From Octopus bimaculoides (lineage: Eukaryota), in the NCBI RefSeq assembly GCF_001194135.2, contig NC_068996.1:4730215-4764739 (forward strand): 34,525 nucleotides of DNA. The letters are read 5' to 3'. The notes beneath the pieces were generated by a model that did no database searches, was not told the DNA's origin, and saw only the letters and a program-made list of their open reading frames with translations. The translations under genes and the position numbers were made by a program. The first letter of the stretch is position 1. Every line of letters starts with the position of its first letter. This document shows, in pieces, positions 13,526 through 26,627 of this stretch.

Positions 13526-14283
13526 CATAAGTACATTAAATATAAAAGTCCTTTAGAAATCACATAATAATTATTTTTAAGCAGTTCTTTTTAAGAGTGA
13601 GATTTTTTTTTATAAATTTTTCTGAATTTTGTATTTAATCATTTTAAGGCATTCAGCAAGAAATTTAAAATAAAAATAAAAAGGANNNNNNNNNNNNNNN
13701 NNNNNNNNNNNNNNNNNNNNNNNNNNNNNNNNNNNNNNNNNNNNNNNNNNNNNNNNNNNNNNNNNNNNNNNNNNNCAATTACATCAACCCTGCCATATTT
13801 TACTGGTCTTCTCTGTTTTGTTAACACTGGAGAGCTAAATAGCAGAGTTGTTGTCCTTTCATGGTATTTGGATTCAGAAAATAAAGAAATAGGAAAAATA
13901 TAAAAATACACCACAAGTTATTTTATCTGATGCGCTAACAATTTGGCCAATTCACCATATAATAATAATAATAAGTGTTTCAACACAAGGCCAGTATTTT
14001 TGAGGGGAAGGGATTTATCAATTTCATCATTCCTACTTCTTGGCTGTTTTTTTTTTTTTTTTTCATTCCTTTGAAGCAATGAAAACAAAGTTGGTGTTGA
14101 CAGGATTTGAACTCAGAATATAAAGCACAAGAACAAGTTCTGCAATGATGCCCAAATGATTTCATAAATCCACTGTTCTATAATAATAATTAAGCAGAGG
14201 AAGCTAGTTGATTACATCAACCCCCTCCTCCACCCTCCACCCAACACCCCCAGTAGTTGACTGGATATTTTGTACAACTCTGT

Positions 14284-14432
14284 AGGCAAGAGTATGGCTG
14301 TGTGTTAAGAAGTTTGCTTCCTAACCACATGTTTGTGGGTTCAATTCCATTGCAAAGTGCCTGGGCAGATTAATGCCTTATAACTGGATTTGGAAGATGG
14401 AAACTGAAAGAAACCTTGTGTGCGTGTATATA

Positions 14433-14477
<45 letters not shown>

Positions 14478-14705
14478 ATGTTTGTGTCTTTATGTTGGTG
14501 TTTGCTCTCCACTATTACCACTTGACAATTGGTGTTGGTTCGTTTATGTCCCTATAATTAGGATTTTGGCAAAATGAGACCAATTGAATATATACCAGAC
14601 CTTAAAAAAATAAAGTACTAAAGTTGATTTTTCCCACCTTATCCCCCTTCGAGGCAGTTCCCTAGCATGGCTGCAGTCTAATAACTAAAATCAGTAAATG
14701 ACAAA
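14284..14705 (+). mobile_element. tRNA-derived SINE, family A (diverged copy)
   Basis: Similar to 18343-18750 along its length, including the internal (TG)n and the 3' ctgaaac/taaaag end. Confidence 0.7.
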
Positions 14706-14789
14706 AGATAAAAAATTAAAATATCAGATGGCATTATTCCTGACATTTTAAAGATTCTACTGATTCATTATTCTATAATAAAATTGTTT

Positions 14790-15020
14790 CTAATTTAAGT
14801 TCAAGACATTTGATTCCAAGAAAACATTTGACAGCAAGCCATACTCTTGGACAGAGAAGAACCTCAAATTCCACAGGGTCTGTCCAACGAGTACCAAATT
14901 CATCATGGAGAACATGAAGACCTCGAAGACCACCTTTAGTGTGTACCTCAGTATGATTGGTCATTAACATCAAGAATTATTCAACAATAAGAAACAATAT
15001 ATTCTAAGAGTTTTCACGAT
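14790..15020 (+). mobile_element. Small decayed LINE RT fragment
   Basis: KKTFDSKPYSWTEKNLKFHRVCPTSTKFIMENMK resembles the KKAFDSVPHSW region of RLE-LINE RT. Confidence 0.5.
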
Positions 15021-16041
15021 CCAGGGAAAAGAATGAAGGATACTATGTGGTGTCTTAACCTGCTGGAAGTGACAGCCAAACCTCCCTGAATTCATAAACT
15101 GCTGTGAGAGTTAAAAAAGATATGTTGGTTAATCCAGTGCAGGATGGATCCCTTTCACTAAGTACAAAGGCAGGATGGCCACAGGCTGGAGCGTCTTTGA
15201 TTATTGATTTATTTAATAGATCAGAGCTGACCTGTGGCCAAATAATGACACCAAGAACAATAACAAATATATTGTAGAACAAAAAGAAAATATAATGGGA
15301 AATATTAAGTTTTGATATTTTCCCAAAGGTCATTAAAAATGTAACTGTAAAAAAAAATTTTAATATGGCAAATTGGAAATCGAAATTAATGCTGCAGAGA
15401 TTGTACCATTTCAACATGGCACCAAATAACAACAAATAAAATTTTTTGTTATTTAATGATTTTTTTTCTGATAAGGAAATCATATTATCATTGATTATTT
15501 AATTATTTTTTTTACACGAGCCTTTTATTTTTAATTTTTGTTCATTTATGTATTTATTTATTAGCTGTTTATTTATTTATATATTTATTTATTGTGTAAG
15601 CTTAAAGGTTAATATATAGAGTTAATTCCGGTAAGCCTCAAAGGAATGTTCATCATCAATGATGTTTGTTGTTATCTAAACTCAAAACTGCCACTTCTTC
15701 TTTCAGCTAATGTGGTCATTGGACCAGCAAGAAATAGCAACTAAATCTCCCTCATGTCACATTCTACTGTCCTAAATTGAAGAGATTTGCAATAATGTAT
15801 AAAACTAAAAATATCAAAAGGAAAGATGATCGCAGCTAGAATGCTTTTGATCATAGCTTTGATTAATCAGAGTTGACCTGGGATTACACTTTAACAATAA
15901 CAGTTATACAATAACCACAAAAACCATGATTCTCAAATAATCTCAATGACTTTGTTGTCTGTTATAAACTGTCTTTCATTCCGCCTCTGTGCATCTGGAA
16001 AGTTCCTTTTTCTGAAACAAGCCTAGTGAAGGTTGTATATG

Positions 16042-16079
<38 letters not shown>

Positions 16080-16338
16080 AAGTTACAAACACACACTCAC
16101 ACCTGCAGTGGGACTGAACCCGGAACCATGTGGTTGGTAAGCAAGCTACTTACTACACAGCCACTCCTGCGCTTATACTATGTAAACCATCATGCTTTTA
16201 TTTCACTTCATACTGCAACAGTGATTACACTTTGAATAAAACTGCATAGACTCATAAGTAGATGAACAAACTGGATGCAAATGTGAACCACATTGTGAGA
16301 TATCTATGCAACAGATACGTTTGCTAGACAGTTTTAAA

Positions 16339-16568
16339 TTGACCCCTTAACTTTCAAACTGGCCACATCAGGCCAAAATGTTCGACCTGTTTTATGTTGA
16401 AACTGGCCCAATTTTGCCTCTCACCTTAACCCTACAATGTCATTCTAAAACTAAACAATCATATCAGCAAAATCTCTAAACTACAAGATAATGCATGATT
16501 AATTTCAAAACAATATAAATAACCAAACATTACGTTTGACAGAATAACCTGTTTACTAAGGGGTTTAA
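16339..16568. mobile_element. piggyBac-like MITE (~230 bp), diverged copy
   Basis: The internal sequence matches the copies at 23103-23335 and 26628-26863; it ends in aaggggtttaa. Confidence 0.65.
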
Positions 16569-16844
16569 ATATGTTGTAATAATGATTTCAAATTTTTGCC
16601 GCAAAGCAGCTTGGGGGTGGGGGGATTAAGTTGATTGCATCAACCCCAGTACATAACTGGTACTTATTTAATCGACCATGAAAGGATGAAAGGCAAAGCC
16701 GACCTCGGCAGAATTTTAATTCAGAATGTAGCGATGGGTGAAATATTGCTAGGCATGCTAATTATTCTGCCAGTTCTCCGCTTTATAATTGATTGTAATA
16801 ATAAAAACTATGTAGATATATCATTCTCTAGTCCCCCGCCACCA

Positions 16845-17112
16845 TCTGGCTCCTGTGCCGGTGGCATATAAAAAGCAGTATCTGAGCGTGGTCGATGCCA
16901 GTGCTGCCTGATTGGCTCTTGTGTTGGTGACATGTAAAAAGCACCCACAACACTCTCGGACTGGTTGGTGTTAGGAAGGGCATCCAACTGTAGAAACATT
17001 GCCAGATCAGATTGGAGCCTGGTGCAGCCCACTGGCTTGCCAGTCCTCATTCAAATCATACAACCCATGCCAACATGGAAAACGGATGTTAAACAATGAT
17101 GATGATGATGAC
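16845..17112 (+). mobile_element. RTE-tail-like retroelement 3' module with (GAT)n tail
   Basis: Same unit as 9537-9745, in plus orientation. Other copies lie at ~21000-21337, 25040-25242 and 34031-34192. Confidence 0.75.
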
Positions 17113-18342
17113 GTATTGTTTATCTTTTATATTTTGCTTGTTTCAGTCATTGGACTGAGGTCATGCTGGGGCACCAACTCAAAAGGTTTAGTCAAACAAA
17201 TTGAACCCCCATACTTACTTTTATTTTAGTCTAGCACTGCCGAACCACTGAGCTGCAAGGACATAAAGGAACTACCACTAACAGCCAAGTAATGGTGAGA
17301 GACAAATGCAAAAACAAACACACACACACCATGTATGCATATATATATGATAAATTTTACACACTCATTCATACACATATATATGGCTAGCAATTTCCAA
17401 TACAACCAAATATCCTCTTTCACTCACTCACTTTCTATAACTCTTAATCTTATTTCTTTATTGCCCACGAGGGGCTAAAAGGACAAACAAATGGATTAAG
17501 TCGATTATATCGACCCCAGTGCATAACTGGTATTTAATTTATCTACCCCGAAAGGATGAAAAGCAAAGTCGACGTAAAGACAGACGAAATACCGCTAAGC
17601 ATTTCGCCTGGTGCGCTAACGTTTCTGCCAGCTCGCCGCCTTAAACTGTCTATAACTCTCTATCTATCTGTTTCATTCTTACTCTTTCTATGAAATTGAT
17701 GCTAACTAAGAAAAATGCAAAACTCAATACTGCTTGGCACTAACATTATTGCTAAGGTTGCTATCAGAAAACAAAAAGAGCTAGAACAGAGCTTGCAATA
17801 ATCCAAATCAACACTAAGAATTTCACCAATGTACCAGCCATAGAGGGGAACTTTATTTATCAATGAAAAACAAAACTGACCTGAACAGAATTTGAACTCA
17901 GAGTACACAGAGGGTGGTGAAACAAATATTGCAAGACATCCTCTCAAATTCTCCAGCAATTTCATGAATACAAAGCCAAGACAAAACTAATCTCTTTTCA
18001 TCTTTTTCAGAGTTGATAAAATAAACACCAGTGGAGTACTTGGTTCAATGTAATTGATTAGCACTATTCCCCAAAATTTCAATAGAAAAGATTATTATTA
18101 ACGTAGTGAGCTGGCAAAATTACTGGCATTGGACAAAATGCTAAGCAACTTTGAATTGCATTGAATTCAACTTTGCTTTTCATTCTTTCAAGCTTGATAA
18201 ATAAATAAAAAGTTACCAATCAAGTACCAAGATAGAAATAATCAACTTAAACCTCTTCCTTCAAAATCATTGGTCGTGTGCCAAAGCTTGAAATAATCAT
18301 TAATTTTAAGGTGGCAAACTAGCAGAATCATTACCATACTAT

Positions 18343-18750
18343 AGGCGCAGGAGTGGCTGTGTGGTAAGTAGCTTGCTTACCAACCACATGGTTCCGGGTT
18401 CAGTCCCACTGCATGGCACCTTGGGCAAGTGTCTTCTACTATAGCCTCGGGCCGACCAAAGCCTTGTGAGTGGATTTGGTAGAGAGAAGCTGAAAGAAGC
18501 CCATCGTATATATGTATATATATATATGTGTGTGTATGTGTTTGTGTGTCTGTGTTTGTCCCCCCAACATCGCTTGACAACCGATGTTGGTGTGTTTACG
18601 TCCCAGTAACTTAGCGGTTCAGCAAAAGAGACCGATAGAATAAGTACTAGGCTTCCAAAGAATAAGTCCTGGGGTCGATTTACTCAACTAAAGGCGGTGC
18701 TCCAGCATGGCCGCAGTCAAATGACTGAAACAAGTAAAAGAGTAAAAGAG
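18343..18750 (+). mobile_element. Full-length tRNA-derived SINE, family A
   Basis: Head ggcgcaggagtggctgtgtggtaag...ccgggttcagtccc (A/B-box-like), then ccttgggcaagtgtc, an internal microsatellite and a 3' (gtaaaaga)n end. Confidence 0.85.
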
Positions 18751-19110
18751 TATACTAGACAAAATGCTACACAGCAGTTCTTCCAGTTCTTTACATTCTG
18801 AGTTCAAATACAGCCAAGCCCAACTTTGTGTTTCATTTTTCTGGAGTGAATAAAACAAGTACCAGTTGAGCATTTGGGTCAATGTAATTGACATTCTTTT
18901 TCTCTCTCAAAAGAGCTGGTCTTCTACCAAAAATTAGAAAGGATTATTATTATTATTAAGGTGGAGTACCAGCAGAATTGTTACAATGTCAGACAATATC
19001 TTTAGCAGATTTTCTTCTGGATCTTTGTGTTCTAAGTTTAAATTCTGCCATAGTTATTTATATTTTCATCCTTTCTTTAATCTTCTTTATAACTTAATCC
19101 TTTAATATAT

Positions 19111-19528
19111 CTTTTATTTTTTACTTGTTTCAGTCATTAGTGCTGGAGCACTGCTTTGAAGAATTTTCAATCAAATAAATCGACCCTAATACTTTTTTTA
19201 GCTTTTCTTTCTTTTTTTTTTTCTCTTGGTACTTATTCTATTGGTTTATTTTGTCAAACTTCCAAACTGCTAAGTTACGTAGACATAAACACACCAACAC
19301 CAGTTATCAAGCAGTGGCAGGGGACAAACACAGATACAAAGACATACACACATACAGATATATAAAGGGCTTCTTTCAGTTTCCACCTACCAAATCCACT
19401 CACAAGGCTTTGGTCAACCTGAAGCTATTATATTAGAAGACACTTGTCAATGTGCCACGCAGTGGGACTGAACCCAGAACCATGTGGTTAAAAAGCAAAC
19501 TTCTTACCACCTAGCCACACTTGCATCC
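19111..19528 (-). mobile_element. SINE family A, antisense copy
   Basis: Reverse complement of 18343-18750. Further antisense copies or fragments lie at ~16090-16170, 23560-23930, 24553-24680, 25270-25636 and 25865-26010. Confidence 0.8.
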
Positions 19529-19719
19529 ATATAAGTTATAAAAAAAGTATATATTTCTATACTGTAAAATATAAAACCTAATTCTAAAATCTGTATGTTC
19601 TACTAAGCTTTAAATGTGTATATTGCAGTAAACTGTTTTAGAAACAGTTTATTAGTCTAAGCAACAGAAGCAGTGTATGTAAAAATCAAGAAGTGTTTGT
19701 TTGTTGATGCCTCTGTTGT

Positions 19720-20107
19720 TGTTGTTGTTGGCACTCCGTCGCTTACAACGTCGAAGGTTCCAGTTGATCCGATCAACGGAACAGCCTGCTTGTGAAATTA
19801 ACATGCAAGTGGCTGAGCACTTCACAGACACGTGTACCCTTAACGTAGTTCTCGGGGATATTCAGCGTGACACAGTGGGACAAGGCTGACCCTTTGAATT
19901 ACAGGCACAACAGAAACAGGAAGTAAGAGTGAGAGAAAGTTGTGGTGAAAGAGTACAGCAGGGTTCGCCACCATCCCCTGCCGGAGCCTTGAAGGGCTTT
20001 TAGGTGCTTTCGCTCAATAAACACACACAACGCCTGGTCTGGGAATCGAAACCGCGATCTGCCAACTGTGAGTCCGCTGCCCTAACCACTGGGCCATTGC
20101 GCCTCTG
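19720..20107 (-). mobile_element. tRNA-derived SINE, family D, with (CAA)n tail
   Basis: The minus strand starts gaggcgcaatggcccagtggttagggcagcggactc...gcggtttcgattcccagacc (A box and B box) and ends in (caa)n. Confidence 0.8.
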
Positions 20108-20329
20108 TAACTTAATAGTTTGGTAAAATAGACAAATAGAATAGATAAGAGACTACAAAAAAGAAAAAAAAAGAAAAATACTTAAGGACTAAGGTTGAGT
20201 TATTTGACTAAAAATTCTTCAAGGTGGTGCCAAAGCATGGCCTCAGTCTAATGACTGAAACAAGTAAAAGATGAAAAAACATTAAGGAATTAAGTTGTAA
20301 GGAAGATTACACACACACATACACACACA

Positions 20330-20560
20330 CAGTGTTCAGGCTAAACTTCATGATTTTTTTCATGTCCTCTTGTTTTTTGTTTTTTTCTCAAGAACAGCTT
20401 GATGCATTGGTGAACAGCCAATGGTATTGGAGAGCATAAGGATTAAAGATGTAGATGGGAAAAATTTAGCTGCAATGTTGATATCACCTTCTCATTCTTC
20501 GATTGAAATTACAAAGAAAACAGGACAAAACTGGATCCCTTTGGTCTCGTTTAGAAGGTG
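20330..20560 (+). mobile_element. 5' fragment of Tc1/mariner element (same family as 21418)
   Basis: cagtgttcaggctaaa...caagaacagcttgatgcattggtgaacagccaatggtattggagagcataa matches 21418-21530. Confidence 0.6.
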
Positions 20561-21417
20561 ATTATCCATGACTATGAAGATGGGATGCACTTATATTGAT
20601 GCAGTTACACAGATACACACACACATTCGTGAATACACAATCATGTATATTTATATGGATCAATTTTCTCTATCTATGTAGGTACTGAATATTAATGAAC
20701 TTTCAAAGACTTGCAGTAGAAGTGTTTGAAATGTTGTCACTGACAATGGCAAAGTTGAGTTATGAGAATGTTTGATATCTCATGAAATGAATTTAAAGTG
20801 AATTTGATAGCTTTATGCGATATTAAGTGTGGCTAGTGTGTGAGTATACATATATATGTATGTGTGTGTTTGTGTGTGTATCGGTTTCAGATTTTGACAC
20901 AAAGCCAGGATTTCAGCCAGGATTGATCTCAGTGCTCAACTGGTACTTCTTTTACAACCCTGAAAGGCAAAGTCAGTCTCAGCAGAATTCAGAATACGTA
21001 AAATACACCATTTCGAGCATGGCCATTGCCAGTAAGACATTCGAGCAAGATTGTTGCCAGTGCTGATGGACTGGCTCCAGTGCAGGTGGCACGTAAAATA
21101 CACCATTTCGAGCGTGGCCATCACAAGTACCTGCCTGACTGGCCCTCATGCCGGTGGTACGTAAAAGCACCCACTACACTCTTGGAGTGGTTGGCGTTAG
21201 GAAGGGCATCCAGCTGTGGAAACACTGCCTAATCAGATTGCTGCCTGGTGTCGCCTCCAGGTCCAGCAGTCCTCAGTCAAATTGTCCAACCCATGCTAGC
21301 ATGGAAAGCGGACGTTAAACGACGATGATGATGATGAAGATGGATGAAATGTCCAATGTCCAAACAATCCTGCCAGCTTGCTTTATACACACACACACAC
21401 ACATACACACACACACA

Positions 21418-22110
21418 CAGGGTGTTCAGGCTAAATTTGATGGTGTTTTTCATGTCTCTGTTTATTATTTTTTTTGTTTTTCAAGAACAGTTTGATGCAT
21501 TTGTGAACAGTCAATGGCATTGGAGAGCATAAATACAAAAAGTTGTAGTCGGGAAAAAGCTAGTTGACATGGAGGACTGAAATCCATCTGAATATTAGGA
21601 AAGAGTTACCTGTATCATGATGAGTCATGCCAGGTGTCAAAATGCCAACATCATGACTGCTACTGAATGTTCTGTGAACACTGTAAAACCTGTAAGTTGG
21701 GATAAGGACATCATGTAAACCAGCTGTGATGGTTTTTGGATGTGTTTCAAGTGAGGGTGACATCAGGCCATCCCACATCTCTGAACAGGGCCTTAGGATC
21801 AACTCAGACAGCTATGTAAAGCTGCTGGAGATGATAGTCAGACCCTTGCTACAGCTGCTGGACAGCCACGTGTGGTAACATGACTGGTTCTTTGCCATAC
21901 CTCCAAGAGTCAAATGTGGTTGTAAGAGACTTTCTATGACTTCACCCCAGGTCCAATTTCTGGCATCCTAATTCCCTCAGTTGTCATCCAATGGATTACA
22001 ATGTGTAAAATGTGTTTGAAAAAAAAAACACCAACCACTCTACTTCCAACACCAAAACCAAGCAGGTGGCCAAGATCAACGAGGTGTTTGAAGATCTTCG
22101 ATGAGTTCAT
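21418..22110 (+). mobile_element. Decayed Tc1/mariner-superfamily transposase (DDD/E catalytic domain)
   Basis: PAVMVFGCVSSEG...GLRINSDSYVKLLEMIVRP...W*HD...FWHPNSLSCHPMDYNV* corresponds to the VMVWG / WQQD / WPPNSPDLNPLDY motifs. The element starts cagggtgttcagg. Confidence 0.8.
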
Positions 22111-22228
22111 GAACATTGATTCTTTTCCCTAAAACTATATATATATATATATGCACACAGACACAGATGTATGTATCTTAACCTTGCCCCTATATATTAT
22201 TGTAACTGAAATGAGGGAGCCTCTACAC

Positions 22229-22409
22229 CAGCAGTTCACAACTGTGGCTTCCAAGGATGCATATGGCCCTCAACGGTCTTCCCTCTATAAATGAAATTAA
22301 TTTTTCTTTGATTTTTTTTTTTGCTTTATTTCTTATGTGTGGCCTCCTAAAAAAATTAATTCAGGTTTTGGATATGGCCCAAATATTAAAAAGATTGAGA
22401 ACAACCATT
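22229..22409. mobile_element. Possible hAT-like MITE
   Basis: Imperfect terminal inverted repeats cagcagttcacaa ... ttgagaacaaccattg resemble hAT (CAGTGGTTCYCAA) ends. Confidence 0.35.
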
Positions 22410-22618
22410 GCTCCGCGCAGTTTCTTAGTCAGCAAGAAATACCAGCCAATTCCCAATATATACATGCAAGCCCTTTACTCAGAAAATAATGCCCTACTAT
22501 CTAAAGATGGGGAAAAAATGAAAGATACTTGAATAGTCTAATAAAAAAATTACAAGGTCAGGACTGAAAAACCTTTACTTGTAGGTTCATTCAACCAGAA
22601 CTGAACAACAATAACATC

Positions 22619-23335
22619 TTTAACAATTTAGCATTTGCGGAAATGTCCTACACATTCTATGTTCAAACTGGCTAGATCCAGCCCTTCCCGCATTCCCTAC
22701 AATACCTTTGTGGGAATAAATAATCATATTATTAAAACCTCAAGGCTATGATTTATTCAAAACAATGTGAATAAATAAGTATTACATTTGGCAGAATAAT
22801 CTGAATGCTAAAGGGTTAAGGCAGCCATATCCAGCTGAAATATTCTGCCTGTTCTATATTCAAGTCAGCCAGATCTGGTTTTTCATACCTACCCTACAAT
22901 GTCACCAAAGTCATTCTAGAACTAAACAAACATATCATTGAAATCTCACAGTTACGAGATTATGCATGATTAATTCGAAACAAGGTGAATGAATAAACAT
23001 TACATTTGACAAGAGGACTAATCTGAGGATTAAGGGAGTTAAAACAGAAATAATAATAATCTCATGGCTTATTTCAAGACTGTACACATCTAATGTGCAC
23101 TTTTAACCCTTTAGCACTTAAACCAGTCATATCCAGCCCAAATATCCTATTTGTTTTATGTTAAAACTGACAGGATCTGGCCTCTCATATTTACCCAGTA
23201 ATATCATTCTAGAAATAAACAATCACATCGTTGAAATCTCAAAGCTATGAGATAATGCATGATTAATTTTAAATGATGTGAATAATAAATAAGCATTACA
23301 TTTGGCAGAGAGTAATCTGAATGCTCAAGGATTAA
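22619..23335. mobile_element. Cluster of three head-to-tail piggyBac-like MITE copies (22619-22819, 22820-23042, 23103-23335)
   Basis: The cattacatttg.cagaataatctgaatgctaaagggttaa 3' end is repeated, and TTAA-CCCTTTAGCA starts at 23103. Confidence 0.8.
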
Positions 23336-24038
23336 CATTTTATCTCACAACATTTCTGTTCTTTCTTGTGTTTTTCAACTAAAAACTATCAACAGTATCC
23401 TTGTTGATGCAATTATTCTTTTAGTAATCCCATCTTTAAATTCCTCTTGGAGGTTACAGTCAAAAGAGCCCAATGCAGAGTGATTTGTGGTCCTGAAGCA
23501 CCTTTATCATTCTCTGCAGGGGGTACTTCCTACTCATTTGTTGATATCTTATCTTTTATTTGTTGCAGTCATTAGACTGTGGCCATGAAGAAGTTTTAGT
23601 CAAATGAAATGACCCCAGAACTTATTTTTTCTTTAAGCCTGGTACTTATTCAATCGGACTTTTTTTGCTGAACCAGGAACATAAACACACCAACAATGGT
23701 CGTGAAGTGGTGGTGGGAACAAGCACAGACACAAAGACACACACACACACACATATATATATATACACACACACACACACGACAGGTTTTTTTTAGTTTC
23801 TGTCAACCAAATCCACTCACAAGGTGTTGGTCGGTACAAGGCTATTTTAGAAGACACTTGCCTAAGGTGCTCTGAAGTGGAATTGATCTCAGAACCATAT
23901 GGTTGGGAAGCAAGCTTCTTACCACACAGCCATACCTTCTTTGTATTGTATCAATTATTTCATGTTTTTTATGTTGCATTATTAATCTGTATTTTGTTTT
24001 TAACCATACCATTTACTGTATTGGTGTGTGTGCGTATG

Positions 24039-24093
<55 letters not shown>

Positions 24094-24464
24094 ATACATA
24101 CATATATATATATATACACATACACACACATATATATAGTCTTTTATTTGTTTCAGTCATTTGACTGCGGCCATGCTGAAAATCAAACTGTCTAAAGTAT
24201 TGAATTTTCCACACGCCAAACAAGTTCACTGTACTCTTTGTCATCCTCATCATCGATTTAATATCAACTTTACCATGCCTACATAGGTTGTATGGAGCTT
24301 ACTGAAGCAATTCTCTACAGATTGTAGCCTTTCCTGTTGCCAACTCTTAGCTGTTTCCAAGTAAGGCAATATTTTCCCCCATGGCCTCAATGTTTACACA
24401 GAATATTGGAAATGAATGACAATCATTTCCAACAATCAAATGATCAAGATTGGGACACACACAC

Positions 24465-24523
<59 letters not shown>

Positions 24524-24863
24524 ACACACAAATGATCACAATAAGCTACTTTCAGTTTTTGTCAGCAAAACCCACTCAAAAGTCTTAGGTCAGTCCATGG
24601 CTATAGTAGATGGCCTGCAGTGAGACTGAACCTGAAACTATTTGGTTAGGAAGCAAACTTTTCAACCACACATCCATGCTGCTTATATGTTTTCTTCTTC
24701 GTTTCCCTTTCAGACCTGCTGTACTCAGATCAGTGTCCATTCTTGACCGGTTCTAGTAACACCAGTTTTTCCTATCAGAAGAAGCTATTGTTTATTCTTC
24801 AAGATAGATATTCTGCAAGTGGTTCACTCAACAATACTTCTCACAGACTAATGTAGCTGATCT

Positions 24864-24894
<31 letters not shown>

Positions 24895-25638
24895 AAATGA
24901 GAGAGAACCTCCATAAAGATTGCTCATAGAGCAATTTGAACTCAAAGTGCAGAGAACCAGGTCAAATCACATGAAATTCTATCCTTCACCATTACAACTC
25001 TACTATTTTACTTGTTTTGCATGTATTTATGTATGTATCACCTGACTGGCTCCCATGCTGGTGGCACGTAAAAAGTACCCACTACACTCTCAAAGTGGCT
25101 GGCATTAGGAAGGGCATCCAGCTATAAAAACTTTGTCAGATCAGATTGGAGCCTGGTGCAGCTGCTGGCTTTCCAGACCTCAGTCAAACCATCCAACCCA
25201 TGCCAGCATGGAAAACAGACGTTAAACAATGATGATGATGATTCTTTTATTCTTAAAGAACATTACCTTAAAGGGTTCTTTTTTAGTCAAAGAAATCAAC
25301 CCTTGGACTCATTCTTTGTAAGTCTAGTACTTATTCTATTGCTCTCCTTTGCCAAACAGCCAAGTTATGGGTACATAACTTCACTAACATTGGTAGTCAA
25401 GTGATCAACGTGGGGACAATCACAGACATACACACACATACATACATATATATGTATATATAAATATATATACACAATGGGATTCTTTCAGTTTCCATCT
25501 ACCAAACCTGCTTACAAGGCTTTGGTCAGACTGAGGCTACAGTATAAGACACTTTCCGAAGGTGCCATGCAGTGGGACTGAATCTGGAACCATGAGGCAA
25601 GGAAGCAAGCTTCTTACCTCACAGCCATGCCTGCACCA

Positions 25639-25679
<41 letters not shown>

Positions 25680-26176
25680 AACATATTGTGTGTATGTGTG
25701 TGTGTATACACGTGTGTGTGCTTGCAGAACCATGTTTGTAACAATTTGTATAAACATTATGTATTTTATGCAGCTGGCCCATGCGGTCAATAAAGTAACT
25801 ATTATTTTTTTTATAGTAGAGACAAAGACAGAACGTATGGTATGGAGTAGAGAGAATGGGTTTCTTTCAGTCTCTGTCAACTAAATCTACTCACAAGGCT
25901 TTTGGTCAGTCTATGGCTGACCAATAGTAGAAAACACTTGCCCAAAATGCTACTCAGTGGTACTGAACCTGAAACCATGTGGTTGGGAAGTAAATTTCTC
26001 AACAACATGTCCGCACACATATGTATATTGTTACCTTTTCAGTCACTGCTGTATTCAGATCAACATCCATTCTTGAATGGTTCCAGTAACATATCAGTTT
26101 TAATATATATACAATATCATGCATTCTTACTTTATCCTCTTAATATAAATCTACATACAGCCTCATAAAACAAATC

Positions 26177-26208
<32 letters not shown>

Positions 26209-26219
26209 TAATAATAAGC

Positions 26220-26545
26220 AGTTATTTTTATTGCCACAACGGTGACAGATGAGGGAGATAATACAACAACTTACAAAAATTTATATCAAAATCGAATGAA
26301 ATGCAATGAAAAAGTATGGTACATAATACAGTTTACAAAATATGATAATGTTGCATGACAAAGGGTGCCACATAGACCAAGAGAAAGGACCATAAAGGTT
26401 CAAGATTACCCAGACTTTGAAGGATAGACACTCTTTCTCCTAGTCATTATTTCAAAGCAAACAATGCAAAAGAGTGTACTCATTAACTCCAGCTATATTT
26501 GCATTCCTCATTCAACACTCAAAACACTGACCTCTCTATATGTAT
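26220..26545 (-). mobile_element. Possible 3' end of L1/Tx1-like LINE
   Basis: The minus strand ends gtggcaataaaaat next to a (TAA)n array. A degenerate C-terminal peptide reads ER.I*RGQCFEC*MRNANIAGVNEYTLLHCLL*. Confidence 0.3.
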
Positions 26546-26627
26546 CTCTCAAGGCATTTTCATACAGCATTTGTTAACCCAGTACATGCTCATTAACCTT
26601 GAACATCATTGTTAACTCTGAATGTTT

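Noticed and set aside
8584-13563. Many 60-180 aa ORFs rich in YI/CV/HT repeats or X (also at 23877-25884, 27954-28252, 29095-29811, 31949-33770)
   Set aside because: They are translations of TA/TG/TAA microsatellites or N gaps, which lack stops in some frames. They are not proteins.
15055-15483. 142-aa minus-strand ORF
   Set aside because: It is composed of AT-rich low-complexity sequence and repeat fragments, with no recognisable domain or start context.
23370-23530. Minus-strand peptide GPQITLHWALL resembling retroviral protease start PQITLW
   Set aside because: There is no D(T/S)G catalytic motif or other retroviral context, so it is a short chance match.
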